Positions 46,254 to 57,882 are shown, numbered from the whole stretch's first letter. The stretch is 57,882 nucleotides of DNA, filler included, from Sphacelaria rigidula (GCA_964200075.2; 8 parts of 8 records of this genome joined end to end with filler, not necessarily neighbours in it); one strand, 5' to 3'. The notes: generated by a model not told the origin, from the sequence alone. Numbers and translations are program-made.

Positions 46254-46325
46254 GATGTATACCCGAGGCGCTTGGGAATCTCGACGAACTGAGGGTGCTG
46301 AAGCTAGGCAAGAACGAGCTCACGG
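46254..46325 (+). CDS. LRR protein, 72-nt single-repeat exon
   Basis: TGCAG|(G)CIPEALGNLDELRVLKLGKNELT then G|GTGAG. Phase 1-1. Confidence 0.9.
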
Positions 46326-46474
46326 GTGAGGAGTGATGCAATGGGCAGATTTGTATACTGGAGGATGTGTCATGTATAAGCGAGCAGACCAATACATGGT
46401 GTAGCGCCACAGGCAAGACACAATCGATGTTTCGGAGACCGACAGGAGCGTTGCGTTGACTTTCGTGTCTGCAG

Positions 46475-46530
46475 GACACATACAATCAAAACTTGGGAAT
46501 CTCGACGCTTTGGAGCACCTCCATCCCGCT
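46475..46530 (+). pseudogene. Truncated LRR exon
   Basis: CTGCAG|(G)HIQSKLGNLDALEHLH, after which similarity is lost and there is no donor at +72. Confidence 0.6.
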
Positions 46531-46559
46531 GATTCTTTGGACAAGAAAAACGGGAAACT

Positions 46560-47900
46560 CTTCAGATGTTGCCACTGTGTGCCGCGTTTGTCTTTGTGAC
46601 TTGGACTTGTTGTGCCAAACACGTTCGTGGGCTGGAAGGCGACACTAACAGTGTGTTCGCACGATGAAGAAACGTATAGGGGGACAGCGGGGTAGGCGCC
46701 TCTTAGTGATATTGCGCTGACCCGAGTCACTTTCGACAAACGCAGGAAAACGTTTTTTGCCGGGGATTTGTGCCACTTGATTGCAATCCGTCTCGCACTC
46801 TCGTCCATGTTTCTCCGCGCCCGACACAGCGTAATCCTTGACACAAGCCTTGGGCTCGTCGATTCTGGAGCAGGGCGCACTCTCGTCTGCGTGGTCCACA
46901 GCGACGTGATCGTCCATACCATACTTGCAGACATGTACTGTGGCTGCACACAAAACTTACACAGCATGGGCAGGTTGGTGCAGGGAGTTGACCTGCTCGA
47001 CATTTCCGCCGAAAAAAGATCCAGTTGTACCTCCTCGACCCGCATGTGTGCCCTAGGCGCGCAACGGCAGTTGGACAGTACTGTTCCGATATGGTCACGC
47101 TTGGTTGGAACCTCGACGGAAGAACGGTATTGTTTCAAGCAACGCTGAAAAGGACCCCACGCTAAATGGTGCACAAACGGTACTGGTCGATGTCCAGCTT
47201 CGGCACGTGTTGCTGTTTGACCTTGCTCCAGCGTCTGTACAATTATCACAAGTTTTACAACGGTACACTGCGATGAAGTATTCCACCACCACATCACTTT
47301 CAGATGGTTGTTGACGAAACTGAATTCAAGGAATAAGCACGGAGTTGCCGCCTGGCACCCAACCCCGCCGACTTTTTTTTTATTTTGTGTTTTTCAACGT
47401 CTTGTTGTCTTTTTTATTTTCATTTACGGTACCCGTGATAAATTGATGCGGATTGTTTCGGAGTTCCGGAAAAACTTGTAGTCCGCCGAGCTGCTGCGGA
47501 GTTTTTCCACGCCTGGCACCAGTCACAAGTAACGCGCTCGTGTGGACAGATAGACGCCCATACCTCTCGGAAAACAGCATCGGTCTGGCCATGAAGTCCG
47601 GGAAAGAGACGCGCGTAAAGTAGCAACCCCTTGCGATATTTTGCTGTGTCACGTTCCTCGTGCGCCGTGCTAATTCCTACACGAAGGATCCCTGCCTGAA
47701 AGGGTTTCAAGGAACTACACCAGTCCTGCGCCAAAAATGAAAGAAGACAATCCCCTACCGGCATACCCGCATAGAAGGAGCATTTGCAGCGGGCCCGACA
47801 CAATGGAGCATCGCCCCAGCACCGGTATCGCTCGCAAGCCTAGCTCATAAAGTAATGATTTCCCGCGTGGGGTGGTGTGAATTATGGTGCTCTTCGCTGG
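46560..47900 (-). pseudogene. Frameshifted Cys/His-rich zinc-finger protein relic, probably transposon-derived
   Basis: Joining two frames gives SAEMSSRSTPCTNLPMLCKFC/AATVHVCKYGMDDHVAVDH (CxxC...H...H), with YRCKTC upstream. Boundaries approximate. Confidence 0.4.
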
Positions 47901-48132
47901 TGTATCTCGTGCACAACGCAACGAATTCTATGAAAAAAGGTTCAAGTCTGAAACATGACTTCTCCACAACACTTTTTTGTCGGGCTAATGCCCCTCTATC
48001 GCGTTGACACTTTTCCACGGTTGGGACGAATCATCGACTCCAAATCACCGAATTCCCGATTTTCGACCTGATTGCTCGAAAGGGAGAAGAAGGTTGACCG
48101 CTGGTACAAAGTGTATCCACGCAACTTTTGCA

Positions 48133-48628
48133 CACCCTGGACAGTGGACACAATGATGGTTCTTTGCTGCAGCCATAGACACGGAGGAAAATCTATCGAT
48201 ATATATTTTTCGAACACAAGAATGTGCGTACATGGCGTCAGTGATCGACGCCATTCAGCTACCCTTGTGGTCAACAATAAATAACGAACGCCGCAATTCA
48301 AATTGCATCGCGACGAGCGATATGCATTGGTGGGCGCGATTCAGACTCTGTCGTGACCCTAAATAGACGTTGTGCGCAATGAGAATCCCAATGTGACCAC
48401 CAAAATGTATTGGTGGCATAAATTCAGAGCCTTTTGCAACAAATTGAATGTACGGTAGACAACTTGATCCTTGAATTGTCACGGCCGCGTGGTGACTATC
48501 ATGTCCGTATACAAGCTCTCGATAGACTTCGATGCCAGTGGATGATGACGGACAAGATATATTGTAGCTCGAATTTTTGGGGGTTATTTCTGCGCTGATG
48601 TCCTATTACATAGTCCATTGTCCAGGGT
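48133..48628. mobile_element. About 500-bp element with CACCCTGGACA-type TIRs
   Basis: ACCCTGGACAGTGGAC and GTCCATTGTCCAGGGT (1 mismatch). Confidence 0.6.
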
Positions 48629-48922
48629 AAAAGCAGATCTCACCCACACACAACAGTATTGTAAGCACTCATGTCTAAGAGAGGGACAACCATGGATACC
48701 AACATCCCGCCAACAACAAAAGCTGCAAACGTTTGCATACACATGTTGTGGATTCCTACAACATACTACCGTTCCACAGTCGTAGAAAGGTGGGCGAAAA
48801 TATTCACAAATAGTATCACTATATACCCATTGCATGTTTACCTGCGGCTTCTCTACCATTCCTTGACGGAGTACAATAATGCATTATATACCACGGTTAA
48901 TTCTGGTATGTATCTATCGTTA

Positions 48923-49215
48923 GTCATTGCCGCCACGCATAGATTAAATCGCAATCCATCAAAAGCTATTGCCGTCATCGAAAGATGTGGTGGGCTATCT
49001 GTCAAAAGCCATCGTCGTCATGAGTAGGTTTTACACGCGTTCTGTCAATAGCCGTTGCCGCCATGCTTAGATTTTTACGCAATCCATCAAAAACTATTGC
49101 CGTCATCAAAGATTTGGTATGCAATCTGTCAAGAGCAATCGTCGTCATGAGTAAATGTTACACGCGTTCTGTCGATAGCCATTGCCGTCACCAATATATT
49201 TCAAAAGCCATCGAT
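48923..49215. repeat. About 128-bp tandem repeat x2.3
   Basis: TTGCCGCCA..CGCAATCCATCAAAA.CTATTGCCGTCATC..ATCGTCGTCATGAGTA..TACACGCGTTCTGTC.ATAGCC occurs twice. Confidence 0.85.
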
Positions 49216-50635
49216 CGACGCATTTAGTCGGCCGCAATAGATTCCGGTGTTGGGCGATAGCAGACTGCTGCCCAGACAAAAGTGTGGGAAACTGGTCTAT
49301 CGATAGACAAAACAATAGAAATATGTACTTGCCGACCGATGGCTATTACAGATGGCAGTATTGGCATTTATTGCAGCAGATTCCGTTTATTATCCAGGGT
49401 GTGAACTTTTGCGCCCCTCTAAGCGTGTGGGCTGCGTGTACATGGATGGCAACGCCGGAATGGAGCCTAGAGATCGATTCGTCACGAGTCAACTCATTAT
49501 ACTAGAACCAAGTGAATCCCAGACGGATCAAAATTTGTCCGACCCTTGTACTCTTTTCAGCATATTTTACCGAACCTGTGAGCTTACAGCCCTGACCACA
49601 ACTGCTGTCTTCCATGATATCCCCCCACATACCACACACACCCCACCCCCTACCCCCCATAAAATTGAGTGGAAACGGCGGTTTCGGACAGCGATCGAGG
49701 TGCATTAGACCGAGGCGAGGAGGGCGCGACCCGGGTAGTACACGACGAAATCAATCCGTCATTATTTTCGAGTCCATTCTTCCCTAAGACAGTATATGGT
49801 CGAAACAGTGACGTCACTTTTCACGAGTATCGGTGTATCCACCCGTCGTTAATGGGAGGAGAAATGAGTATTGCTTGATGATTCCCTCCTTTTAACTATT
49901 TCCGATTGTAATGATTCGGGTGTAACGATCAGACTGAAAATATTTCTGCCAGGCGGGCGGGTGGTGTCTCAACAAATGACTGTTTCGTCTCTGTTTTTCA
50001 GTAATGAACAAGGGATGGAAATGAAGCGAGGAGAGTGGCTGATATATTAGAGACCTCCCTTTCTCATCCCTAATACTAATCGAATTTACCCCCAACCAAT
50101 TGTTATTAATCATTAACCTTTTTGGGACCGCATCCCCACTAACACAGGGATAACCCCGTCTTGGTGGAATGATCAAAAATATGTCTTGAAGCGACCTACC
50201 TAATCACAGTAGAGCGAAAGTCATCGACGAGAGCGGAACGACCAGCACGAGGATTATTGTCGGATGTGATGCCACTGCAAAGATCGTGTGGGGCCCTATC
50301 CCTGGCCCAGACAAGCTTTCCCAGTTTTCCTAATGCAGGGTGGTTGCAGCTTGCATTGATGGTATTACTTGCACTTGGTGTACCGCTTTCGAGTTTTTCC
50401 AGAGCTTTTTTTGGGTCCCAGATCTATACTAAAACGTTAGTATTTACGCGAACACAGGGTGGGCCATTTTCACGAGGCATGAAATCCAGGGGGGCTGTGG
50501 AGAGACAGAAGGAGCTACCGTCATGGATTCTGCGCATCCCTATGCCGATGACTTGCAGTTTGCAGTCAACGTGTACGTAGCGGGCGGGGATGAGAAAGCG
50601 GTATAAAGGCAGCTAGTATCGGTAGCTGAGAATTA

Positions 50636-50735
50636 NNNNNNNNNNNNNNNNNNNNNNNNNNNNNNNNNNNNNNNNNNNNTTAATTAATTAANNNNNNNNN
50701 NNNNNNNNNNNNNNNNNNNNNNNNNNNNNNNNNNN
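50636..50735. other. Artificial contig linker
   Basis: 44N-TTAATTAATTAA-44N. Confidence 0.98.
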
Positions 50736-51024
50736 AAACAGGGCAATGTTCCCGTCACCGCTACTACTGTACTCTGTCACACACATGCCAGCAAGGGTGG
50801 TGCCGCGGCAATAACAACAGATAGATCCAACCAGGGAGAGGTTGATATCGGAGACAGCGGTGGTAAAAATGTGCTTGAATTTTCTCGGGGCATGTTGCTC
50901 GGAGTTGAAAGAGCATTTACGGTAATCCTTGTCAGCAAGTTCCCCTTATGCTGATGAGAGCTTGATTCAGAGACGAAGTCTCTCTTCACCGTCGACCTGT
51001 TTCCGACCGTGAGATTTATCCCGA

Positions 51025-51620
51025 TATTATTGTTGTCGTGTAGGTATGACACGGGTTGTTTTTTCAGCTCGCCTTTTAATTTCATCTCTTTCCTCCGGAT
51101 TTTTGAGGCGGCAAGTCATGTTATCGTGTATTGTTCAACTCGCTTTGATTTAATACGCGTTTTCGGTTCTTCAGACATATTGGTCGTGTAGGTATAATAC
51201 CATTTGTTTTTCTTTAGCTCGCCTTGAATTGTTTCTCTCTTCTCCGATTTTTTTAGATGGCGAGTCAGTTAAGCGCTATGATTCAATCTTGAACTGATTT
51301 GATACGCGCATATGTCCGAATATTATGTTAGTCGTGCAGGTATACACGAAAAATTACTTCAGCTCGCCCTATCATGTTTTTTTTCGAAGTCTTTGAGACG
51401 GCGAGCCATGTTAGCGCGTATTGTTCAAGCTGTTTTGATTTCATACGCATTTTTTTCCAGACATCTATCAGTCGTGTAGGTATATGACACGATTTATTTT
51501 TTAGCTCGCCATTTATTTTTCTCTTTTCTACGAGTTTTGAGATGGCGGGTCAAGTTAGCGCGTATCATTCAACTTGTGTTTAATTCGATACTCGTTTTTG
51601 AGTCGTTGACATTGTGGTAT
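51025..51620. repeat. About 147-bp tandem repeat x4 at the 3' end of the Gypsy pol
   Basis: GTCGTG(T/C)AGGTAT at 51035, 51183, 51331 and 51471, each followed by AGCTCGCC and TTCAA...ATAC. Confidence 0.85.
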
Positions 51621-51900
51621 CTCGTCCGCTCGGTACTCGAAGTCTGCCGACGGCCCGTAGCCTTGAAGACGGAGATCGTACTTGTAATTTTGATGTCTCT
51701 TTCTCCCCGGGCCTCGTCTGTGGCCCACCACCTTGTCAACGACGTAACGTTTAATTCTCGGTTTCGTTACTTCTGGAAGGTCAAGTTGGGGCAGGGGTAA
51801 TACTTCGCCTAGGAAATACTCATCGAGTCGGTCGAACTCGGGAGCCGGGGGTCGTTCTCGTGGATAATATTGCTCAAGGTGAGCGAGGTGTACTGACGTT
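51555..51900 (-). CDS. Integrase C-terminus with chromodomain
   Basis: SVHLAHLEQYY...RYVVDKVVGHRRGPGRKRHQNYKYDLRLQGYGPSADFEYRADEIPQCQRLKNEYR...*. Confidence 0.75.
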
Positions 51901-52900
51901 CTTTAGCACCCTCGCTTATGTTGACCTTATAGACCGCCGGAGATATTTGTTCGACAACCTTGTATGACCCCCGCCATGGTAACACCAGACCGCCTGTGTC
52001 TTGGTGTGGCCTGAACAGTAGCACTTGTTGGCCAGGTTTGAAGACACGGTATGGCTTGAGCTTAGCATTGTTTGCCTTTTGTTTGTCTGCTTAATTTTCA
52101 AGTTGCGTCTTGAAATTTCAAAAGCTAGCTGCAAGTTGTCTTTTGTCTCTTTCGCGTATTGTTCAGCATCCACGGAGTGCCCTTTTTCGGAGATGCCCAA
52201 AACAATGTCGACAGGTAAATTTCGTTTACGTCCGAACATGCGAAAATAGGGTGTTTCTTGGACTGTGTGTTGAATGATGTATTATACGTCATTTGCATGA
52301 AGGGTAGCATAGCCGCCCAGTTTTCTTATTTGTCGGAGCTATGCATGGCTAACATGGCGTGTAAGTTCGAGTGTACGCGTTGTGAAACAGAGATGTCTTG
52401 AGAGCGGGGCGGTGTCGTGCGTGTTTTGTTAAATTTAAGGATGAGCTGCAACTGGAATATTACCCGGTTTTCGAAACGTTTGCCCTGATCGGAATGTAGT
52501 TTTTCTGGTATCGCAAATGTCGTGAAGACACGGTCGACAAGCATTCTTGCCAAACTTTAAATGATTCGTCTGGGATGGGAATAAACAGTGCATATCGTGC
52601 CAGATGATCCATGACAGACATTACATACTTACACGGCACACCGGCTGGCGAATTTTAAATCGTCATGTATTCGACAAGATCCATCGATATCCGCTCAAAA
52701 GGTCTGTTCCTAGGTATGTGGCCTACAGGCAATTTCGGACGGCTATGGGCCGTCTTCCTCCTCTGACAGGAATGGCAACGTTGACATCATTTTCGCACAT
52801 CTTGGCTCATTGTCGGCAAATAATACATGTTCTCAATCTTTTCGTAGGTCGGCTTGAATCCGAGGTGACCTCCAGACAACACATGATCGTGATATGAGTG
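51900..52900 (-). pseudogene. Integrase core (frameshifted)
   Basis: ARMLVDRVFTTFAIPEKLHSDQGKRFEN...SQRVH; LPFMQMTYNTS; MFGRKRNLPVDI; LVLPWRGSYKVVEQISPAVYKV. Confidence 0.85.
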
Positions 52901-53374
52901 CAGAACAAGATTCACCAGAGCGTAGCACTAGTCTATCGTGATCGGTGCTTTTTTTTCGAAGGTTCCCCGGCAAGTATGACCTGAACGAAATAACGTGACG
53001 GAGCACAAACTAGGACATAGAAGTCACCTTCTCCTTTTCCGGGAACGGTGCGTCGTCGTCTGCCAGATATTGAATATGAGAGCCATATTATTTTGCCTGT
53101 TCGGTTTGCAACTTGTCTCTGTCGACAGACGTAAAAATATGTGCAGCGCTCGTGTGGGTAGCGTTGACGGTAAAATGCTCTCTGTCGCTGTATACTGGTT
53201 TCAAACTGTCCAGTTTATCCGCTGAAAGTTAAAACGGTTAGCGCGGTTTCTTCGCGTGTAATGCGGGGTCCCCTGGAACAATCCGACAAGTTGGCGCGAG
53301 CAGGGGTTTGACCTCATGTTTCTGTTTTTTTTCGACCGAAAGAATCTCAACAGAGTATCCGGAACAATATTTCA

Positions 53375-54538
53375 TTTTCCCGGTTTGTGCTTCACAGTAA
53401 AGTCAAATGACTGTAGAGCTATCGCCCATCTTGTCAACATATTGCTCGCGTCTTGCACGGAATAGAGATACCGTAGTGCTGCATGATCTGTCACACACGT
53501 GAAGTGCTTCCACCATAAAAAGGGTCTCTAGTGTTGAATAGTTGATACAACTGCATGATATTCTTTGAGTGTGGCAGAGTAGTGCCGCTGAGCATGATTG
53601 AAACGCTGACTGAAAGACGCTACAATTGCAGTTTTGCCTTCTTTATTTGGGGTGAGCACCGAGCCAGCGCCCTCTCCAGACGCGTCCACTTGAATGGTGA
53701 ACTCTGTTGAAAAGTCTGGAAAATGAAGGACCGGAGTGGTGGCGAGAAGCCTTTTTACTTCAACCAAAGCTGCATCGTGTATGGCATTCCAGCGTTTTGC
53801 TACTTCCTTGGTTGCCTCTTGTATCGTGAGGTCTACCAGCGGAGCGATTACCTGTGCGAGGTTTGGAAAAAAATTCCTCGCAAAAGTTATCGTTCCTAAC
53901 ACCGAACGCAATTGCTTGATACTGGTTGGTGTGTTTGAACCGAACATCGCCTTTACGCGTTCTTCCCCGATTTTGATCTCGTCAGCGGACAAAGTGTAGC
54001 CGAGGTACTCGACCTCCTCAGGTCCAAACGGTACTTTAGAGGGCTTGAGAGTAAGACCTGCTATTGTCAGTGGTTTGAACATGTTTTCCAGTAGAGTCAG
54101 GTGGCTTTCCCATGTGGAGAAATAGGCGATCAAATCATCCATGTACACTAACAAACCGCTTTCGGGTCCACAGTGTGAGAAATTGAGAGCAATTATTCGC
54201 GAGGAACTGAACGGGGAAAATGCCAAGCCGAACGGCAGTCGGTTGAACACCCACTTACCTTTCTCGGTGACAAAGGCCGTTTTTTCTCTCTCCTCCTCCG
54301 CAATTGGGATCTGATGGAACGCGCTCTGTACATCAAAGACAGAGGCACACTTTGCGCCTGCCACCGTATGTACATGACGTTCCAAATTAGCCATGGGGCA
54401 TGATTTTCGCACAAGATTTTTATTAAGCGTAGATATATAGTCGACACAAAATCGGGCTGTACCGTCATGTTTGGCTACTGTTGGCACCGCAGAGCCCCAT
54501 GGCCTGGCTCTTTTTCCACTTATCCCGCCTCTTTCCAT
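53375..54538 (-). pseudogene. Reverse transcriptase and RNase H
   Basis: KHDGTARFCVDY, FHQIPI..EREKTAFVT, LPFGL, YMDDL, VEYLGY, PVLHFPDF, VDASG. After an in-frame TAG at 53528-53530 it continues FTCVTDHAALRYL...LTRWAIALQSFDFTVKHKPGK. Confidence 0.93.
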
Positions 54539-55329
54539 CTCATCTACGCATTTATCGATGACTCCTTGAATCCTGGGATTGGCTCTGTACGGAGCCCTAT
54601 CGACGGGTTTCGTGCTCGGAAGTAGGGGGGAAAGTTGCCTCTCCGATCGTACAACAACCTAGCTCCCAATATGACAGTGAAAAAACTGATCTGTATTTGA
54701 TGTATGAATCGAGCACTCGGCTTTTCTGATTTTCAGAAAAGGGGAATCTTTGAATGCATTTTCGAGCGCTGTTGTTTGTTCTTCTCTTGCGTCAGCATTT
54801 TGCTGTTTAACTTGTGAAATTCCACTGACGTTTCCCGTCGGCTTACTCATTTCAACTTGTGAAATTTCACCGACGTTATCCGTCGGCTTGTTTTCCTCAA
54901 CTTGTGAGATATATCCCAAAAACAAACTTCGTGCGAGTTGGACATGCTGATTCAACGGATTTGCTGCTTGTACCATAGCTGTTTTGTTGACCTCTGACCA
55001 AGTGGAGGCTGTGCGTGCTACAACGAGGCGGCTAACAGCATCCGGTACTTTTTTGGATTGGAGGTCTTCACCCGTTACAATTCGTGGCTCAATGACCGCT
55101 TCAGGTGTACGTTTTGGTGGCTCATTTATTTCGACAAGAAGAACCATCTCACTTCGAGGTGGGACCGACCACCTCTTTGAGAGGTACACCGGTACATTTT
55201 CAGCCGATGCTACCCGTATGACAGAACAATAATCATTTTCCGAAAACGTCGAATGAACGTTTCTGTCTTTCTTCTGTGAGTAGCTGTGAGGCGAATCGTT
55301 GGACTACGAAGCGTCAAAGTTTCTGCCTG

Positions 55330-55620
55330 CTAATCAAGGATCCCCTCGAATGTGCTCATCACTGAGTTCTCTATTAGCATGAGATCCGGACCGAGATCCT
55401 TGAGGACAAATGCTTCGACGGGCATGGTTATATCACCCAGCGCGAGGTCAAAGCGAATTGACCCCTTTATCGTGATTGGTGAACCGCCGGCGCTTCTTAA
55501 ATCAAAAGAAAGCGGTGGGACTGATTGAACGTCCTCCTCGCTCAATGTAGGGTGTGAACGGATGAACTTCAAACTGATGATCGGGAGATCTAAGCAGTAA
55601 AAAAGCAGGTTACGGCTGAA
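55330..55620 (-). pseudogene. Retropepsin-like protease remnant
   Basis: IISLKFI...LRSAGGSPITIKG...EAFVLKDLGPDLMLIEN. The catalytic DTG is not preserved. Confidence 0.65.
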
Positions 55621-56062
55621 ACCTCCGTTCCATTTACTCCCTCGCTAATGCAGGTCGCAACGTAGCCGGGGTCCTAGGGTACCGGGCTAACGAAGACATG
55701 AAGAAAGACTCGAATTATGTCGAGCTTGGGGGCGAAAACTTGAATCTGTGCTTTTCATTATTTTGCAGAGACATCGTGCTCACAAAAGCAGCTTAGGAGG
55801 CGATGCTCAGATGATCGTGTCTCTTACTCAACATCTTATCTTGACCTGTTTTATTCCCAACTTGCTCTTGTGTGCTAGCCTTTGCGACCGTAGCCCTTTC
55901 CACGTGTACTCTCTTACATGACCTCACAGAAGAAGGTACGCCTTGGCTAGCAAATCGCGCACGTTTCTTGCCCTTTTTATTTTCCGCGAGAGGGTCAGCA
56001 CCCATGTCATGGTGCACAACTGTTTCCTCGATATTTTGTATTCTCGCGACACGCTTGCTACC

Positions 56063-56760
56063 TTAGAACCTCCATTGATAGATCCTCCGGTAGTTGCCCT
56101 TTTCCTCTACAGATGTTTCAGTGTGGCATGATCCGTCACCCACGTATAGTGTGCCGACCCCACAAAATGGGGCGCCTTGATGTATCGCTTTGAAACCCAC
56201 ATAACATTGCCTGGGTCTCACAGAGTACTGCCGCTGAGCGTGGTTAAAACGTTGGCTGAAATATGTTATGATCACACCTCGTTGCCTTTTATTGGATCGA
56301 AATCTAGCCGGCCTCTCCCTTTGACGCATCTGGTTAGATGGCTTCGAAACTTCTGGGAAATTGAGTACCAGTGTGCTCGTCAGAAACCGCTGTGTTCTGG
56401 AAGCCTGCGTCATGTCCAGATTTCCAACGTTTAGCGCTGCGCAGTCTCTTCTACGAGGTTCGGTATAAGTTTCCTTTCGAACGTAATCGGGCCGGCCACT
56501 GGCAGTAACTGCTTGCGATGTTGGTTGGTTTGGTCATCTCCTACGTGGATACCATTTGCTGACAGCGCGTGTTTCAGGTGATGTTTTGGTCCAAGCTCAA
56601 CTGCCGATGGTTCAGGGATCAAGACCGACGCTGATTTAGCGCTTGAGCATGCGCTCGAGTCAGTAGCATGAACTTCCTACCGTATCACGTGGTCAAACAG
56701 GCGAATCCAACATTCGTTCATCGGTACATTGTCCACAATTTCCGGCGGTCAACCGTAATT
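56063..56760 (-). pseudogene. Second, more heavily deleted RT-thumb and RNase H fragment
   Basis: LSANGIHVG, ITFERKLIPNL, LVLNFPE and YFSQRFNHAQRQYS parallel the main copy at 53570-54050. Confidence 0.7.
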
Positions 56761-57289
56761 GTTTAGATTGAGAGATCCAGTACTGTATGTATCCGTTGCT
56801 TGAACCAACCATCGATGATGCGACAACCGCCCGTTGGTGGCGGAAGAACCTAGCTTAGCCCTGACACCAGCCCCGAGATTGCAACGGTATGCGGTGTTTC
56901 ACAAACCCCGGGATCACAAAACACCGACGCGCTGTAAGTTGTGAGTCCACTTATTGTGTCGATACGGAGAGACTCGGGAACCATTTCCCGGGAGAAAGGG
57001 GCGTGGTCGTTGTGGCGTCGGGTAACGGCAAATGAGCGGGGAAAAAGTCGAATATGAGGGCGCCATGGTTGAAGTTGGCGCATAGACTCTTGCGCGCGAT
57101 GTGCCGCATATAGTACAGTGTACAGAGCGATGGCCTAGCACAGGTACGTTCTCTGTCGATCAGTGGCCCAGATAAGGTACGATTGAAGAAGAATTCCTAG
57201 ATCAGGTACGAAGTATACCTGGGCGGAATTCGGCCTGCAAAAGGTCGCTGGAGGCGACACGTCCGTTTTCGCGTGGCCATATCTCTCGA

Positions 57290-57385
57290 GTTATTATTAT
57301 TATTATATCCATCACATTAGCTCGATCTCTCGAACCCGTGGTCACAGAGTGCAAGAAGCATACCGCCAATATAATATACCCATAA
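57290..57385 (-). mobile_element. Retroposon 3' end with (AAT)n tail
   Basis: (TTA)5-TATCC..CACATTAGCTCGATCTCTCG..GTGGTCACAGA, homologous to 12400-12510. Confidence 0.5.
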
Positions 57386-57882
57386 CCCAAACAGTCCGCA
57401 GAAGAAGGCAAGAAACAAACATTTACACGAAAAATGAGCACCCGCACTCCGAAAGATCCGTATGAGACCGATTGAACTACAGGAAACCTACTTGTACTGG
57501 AGTCAGCCCCCGCGTGTGACCTCTCCGACTACTTTGATGATATGTCTGAGAATCTACGTATGAGATCTATGTCCAATAAATAATATGCACAGATTTATTC
57601 CCATCACCAGCAGTAGCCACGCGTGCGAGACACACCCGACGTGCACAGCTCGCGCAGAGGGATGCCAACAGCTATATCTCCCAGCACGTAGCCTAGTAGG
57701 GAAGAATAGACTCATCAGCGGGTGGTACGAACCAGCGCCTTCCAGCACGGTGGCTATCAAGCACAAGGTGCATGGGCGTTGTAGAACGATCGAAACGCGA
57801 ACCGTCTCTCTCAGAACAGCCGATCGTCGATGTTGAGGATGGTGCTTTTCATTGAGGATGAGAACCCGGAGGATTAAAATAT

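Larger units (their letters stand above)
51555..55620 (-). mobile_element. Decayed Ty3/Gypsy LTR retrotransposon pol (PR-RT-RNaseH-INT-chromodomain), chromovirus-like
   Basis: Domain order: protease, RT (YMDD), RNase H (VDASG, TDHAAL), integrase (HSDQG, GPY/F-like WRGSY), chromodomain. Many stops and frameshifts. LTRs and gag were not recognised. Confidence 0.92.

Noticed and set aside
31187..55620. Functional cluster of polymerase, C2, LRR and RT (defence or viral system)
   Set aside because: Each gene lies on a different contig, and no phaeovirus or Polinton hallmark genes were seen.
56855..56870. Primer-binding site TGGTGTCAG and 5' LTR of the Gypsy element
   Set aside because: It is not preceded by a CA LTR end, and no matching second LTR was found in the contig.

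Overview
Eukaryotic, intron-rich, repeat-dense DNA that reads like a brown alga (Phaeophyceae; inferred from the Ectocarpus-type LRR N-cap with 72-nt LRR exons, the LINE C-terminus and TTAGGG-type tracts). The window is not contiguous. It is eight independent contigs of 7148/7147 bp joined by seven artificial 100-bp linkers (44N-TTAATTAATTAA-44N), so neighbourhood across linkers is meaningless. Most ORFs in the supplied track are spurious. Genes reconstructed by hand from GT-AG sites and reading phase are: (1) a six-exon DUF7869/Sola-like DD(D/E) transposase pseudogene (9023-13838,+); (2) a secreted protein with one 6-Cys repeat per exon (17089-21644,+); (3) low-complexity exons of an unknown gene (24147-28547,-); (4) the last three exons of a family A DNA polymerase, most likely POLQ (31187-33049,-); (5) four exons of a C2-domain, possibly ferlin-like, protein (36987-41903,+); (6) an LRR gene with 72-nt exons, followed by an antisense zinc-finger relic (44986-47900); (7) a decayed chromodomain-bearing Ty3/Gypsy element (51555-55620,-). 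Intergenic and intronic space holds many MITE and SINE families. Notable ones are TIR elements carrying internal telomere-like tracts, TTAA-joined tandem piggyBac-like MITEs, and a modular non-coding family docked on poly-G runs. No CRISPR array, rRNA or intact tRNA gene was seen. All calls were made by eye without database searches.
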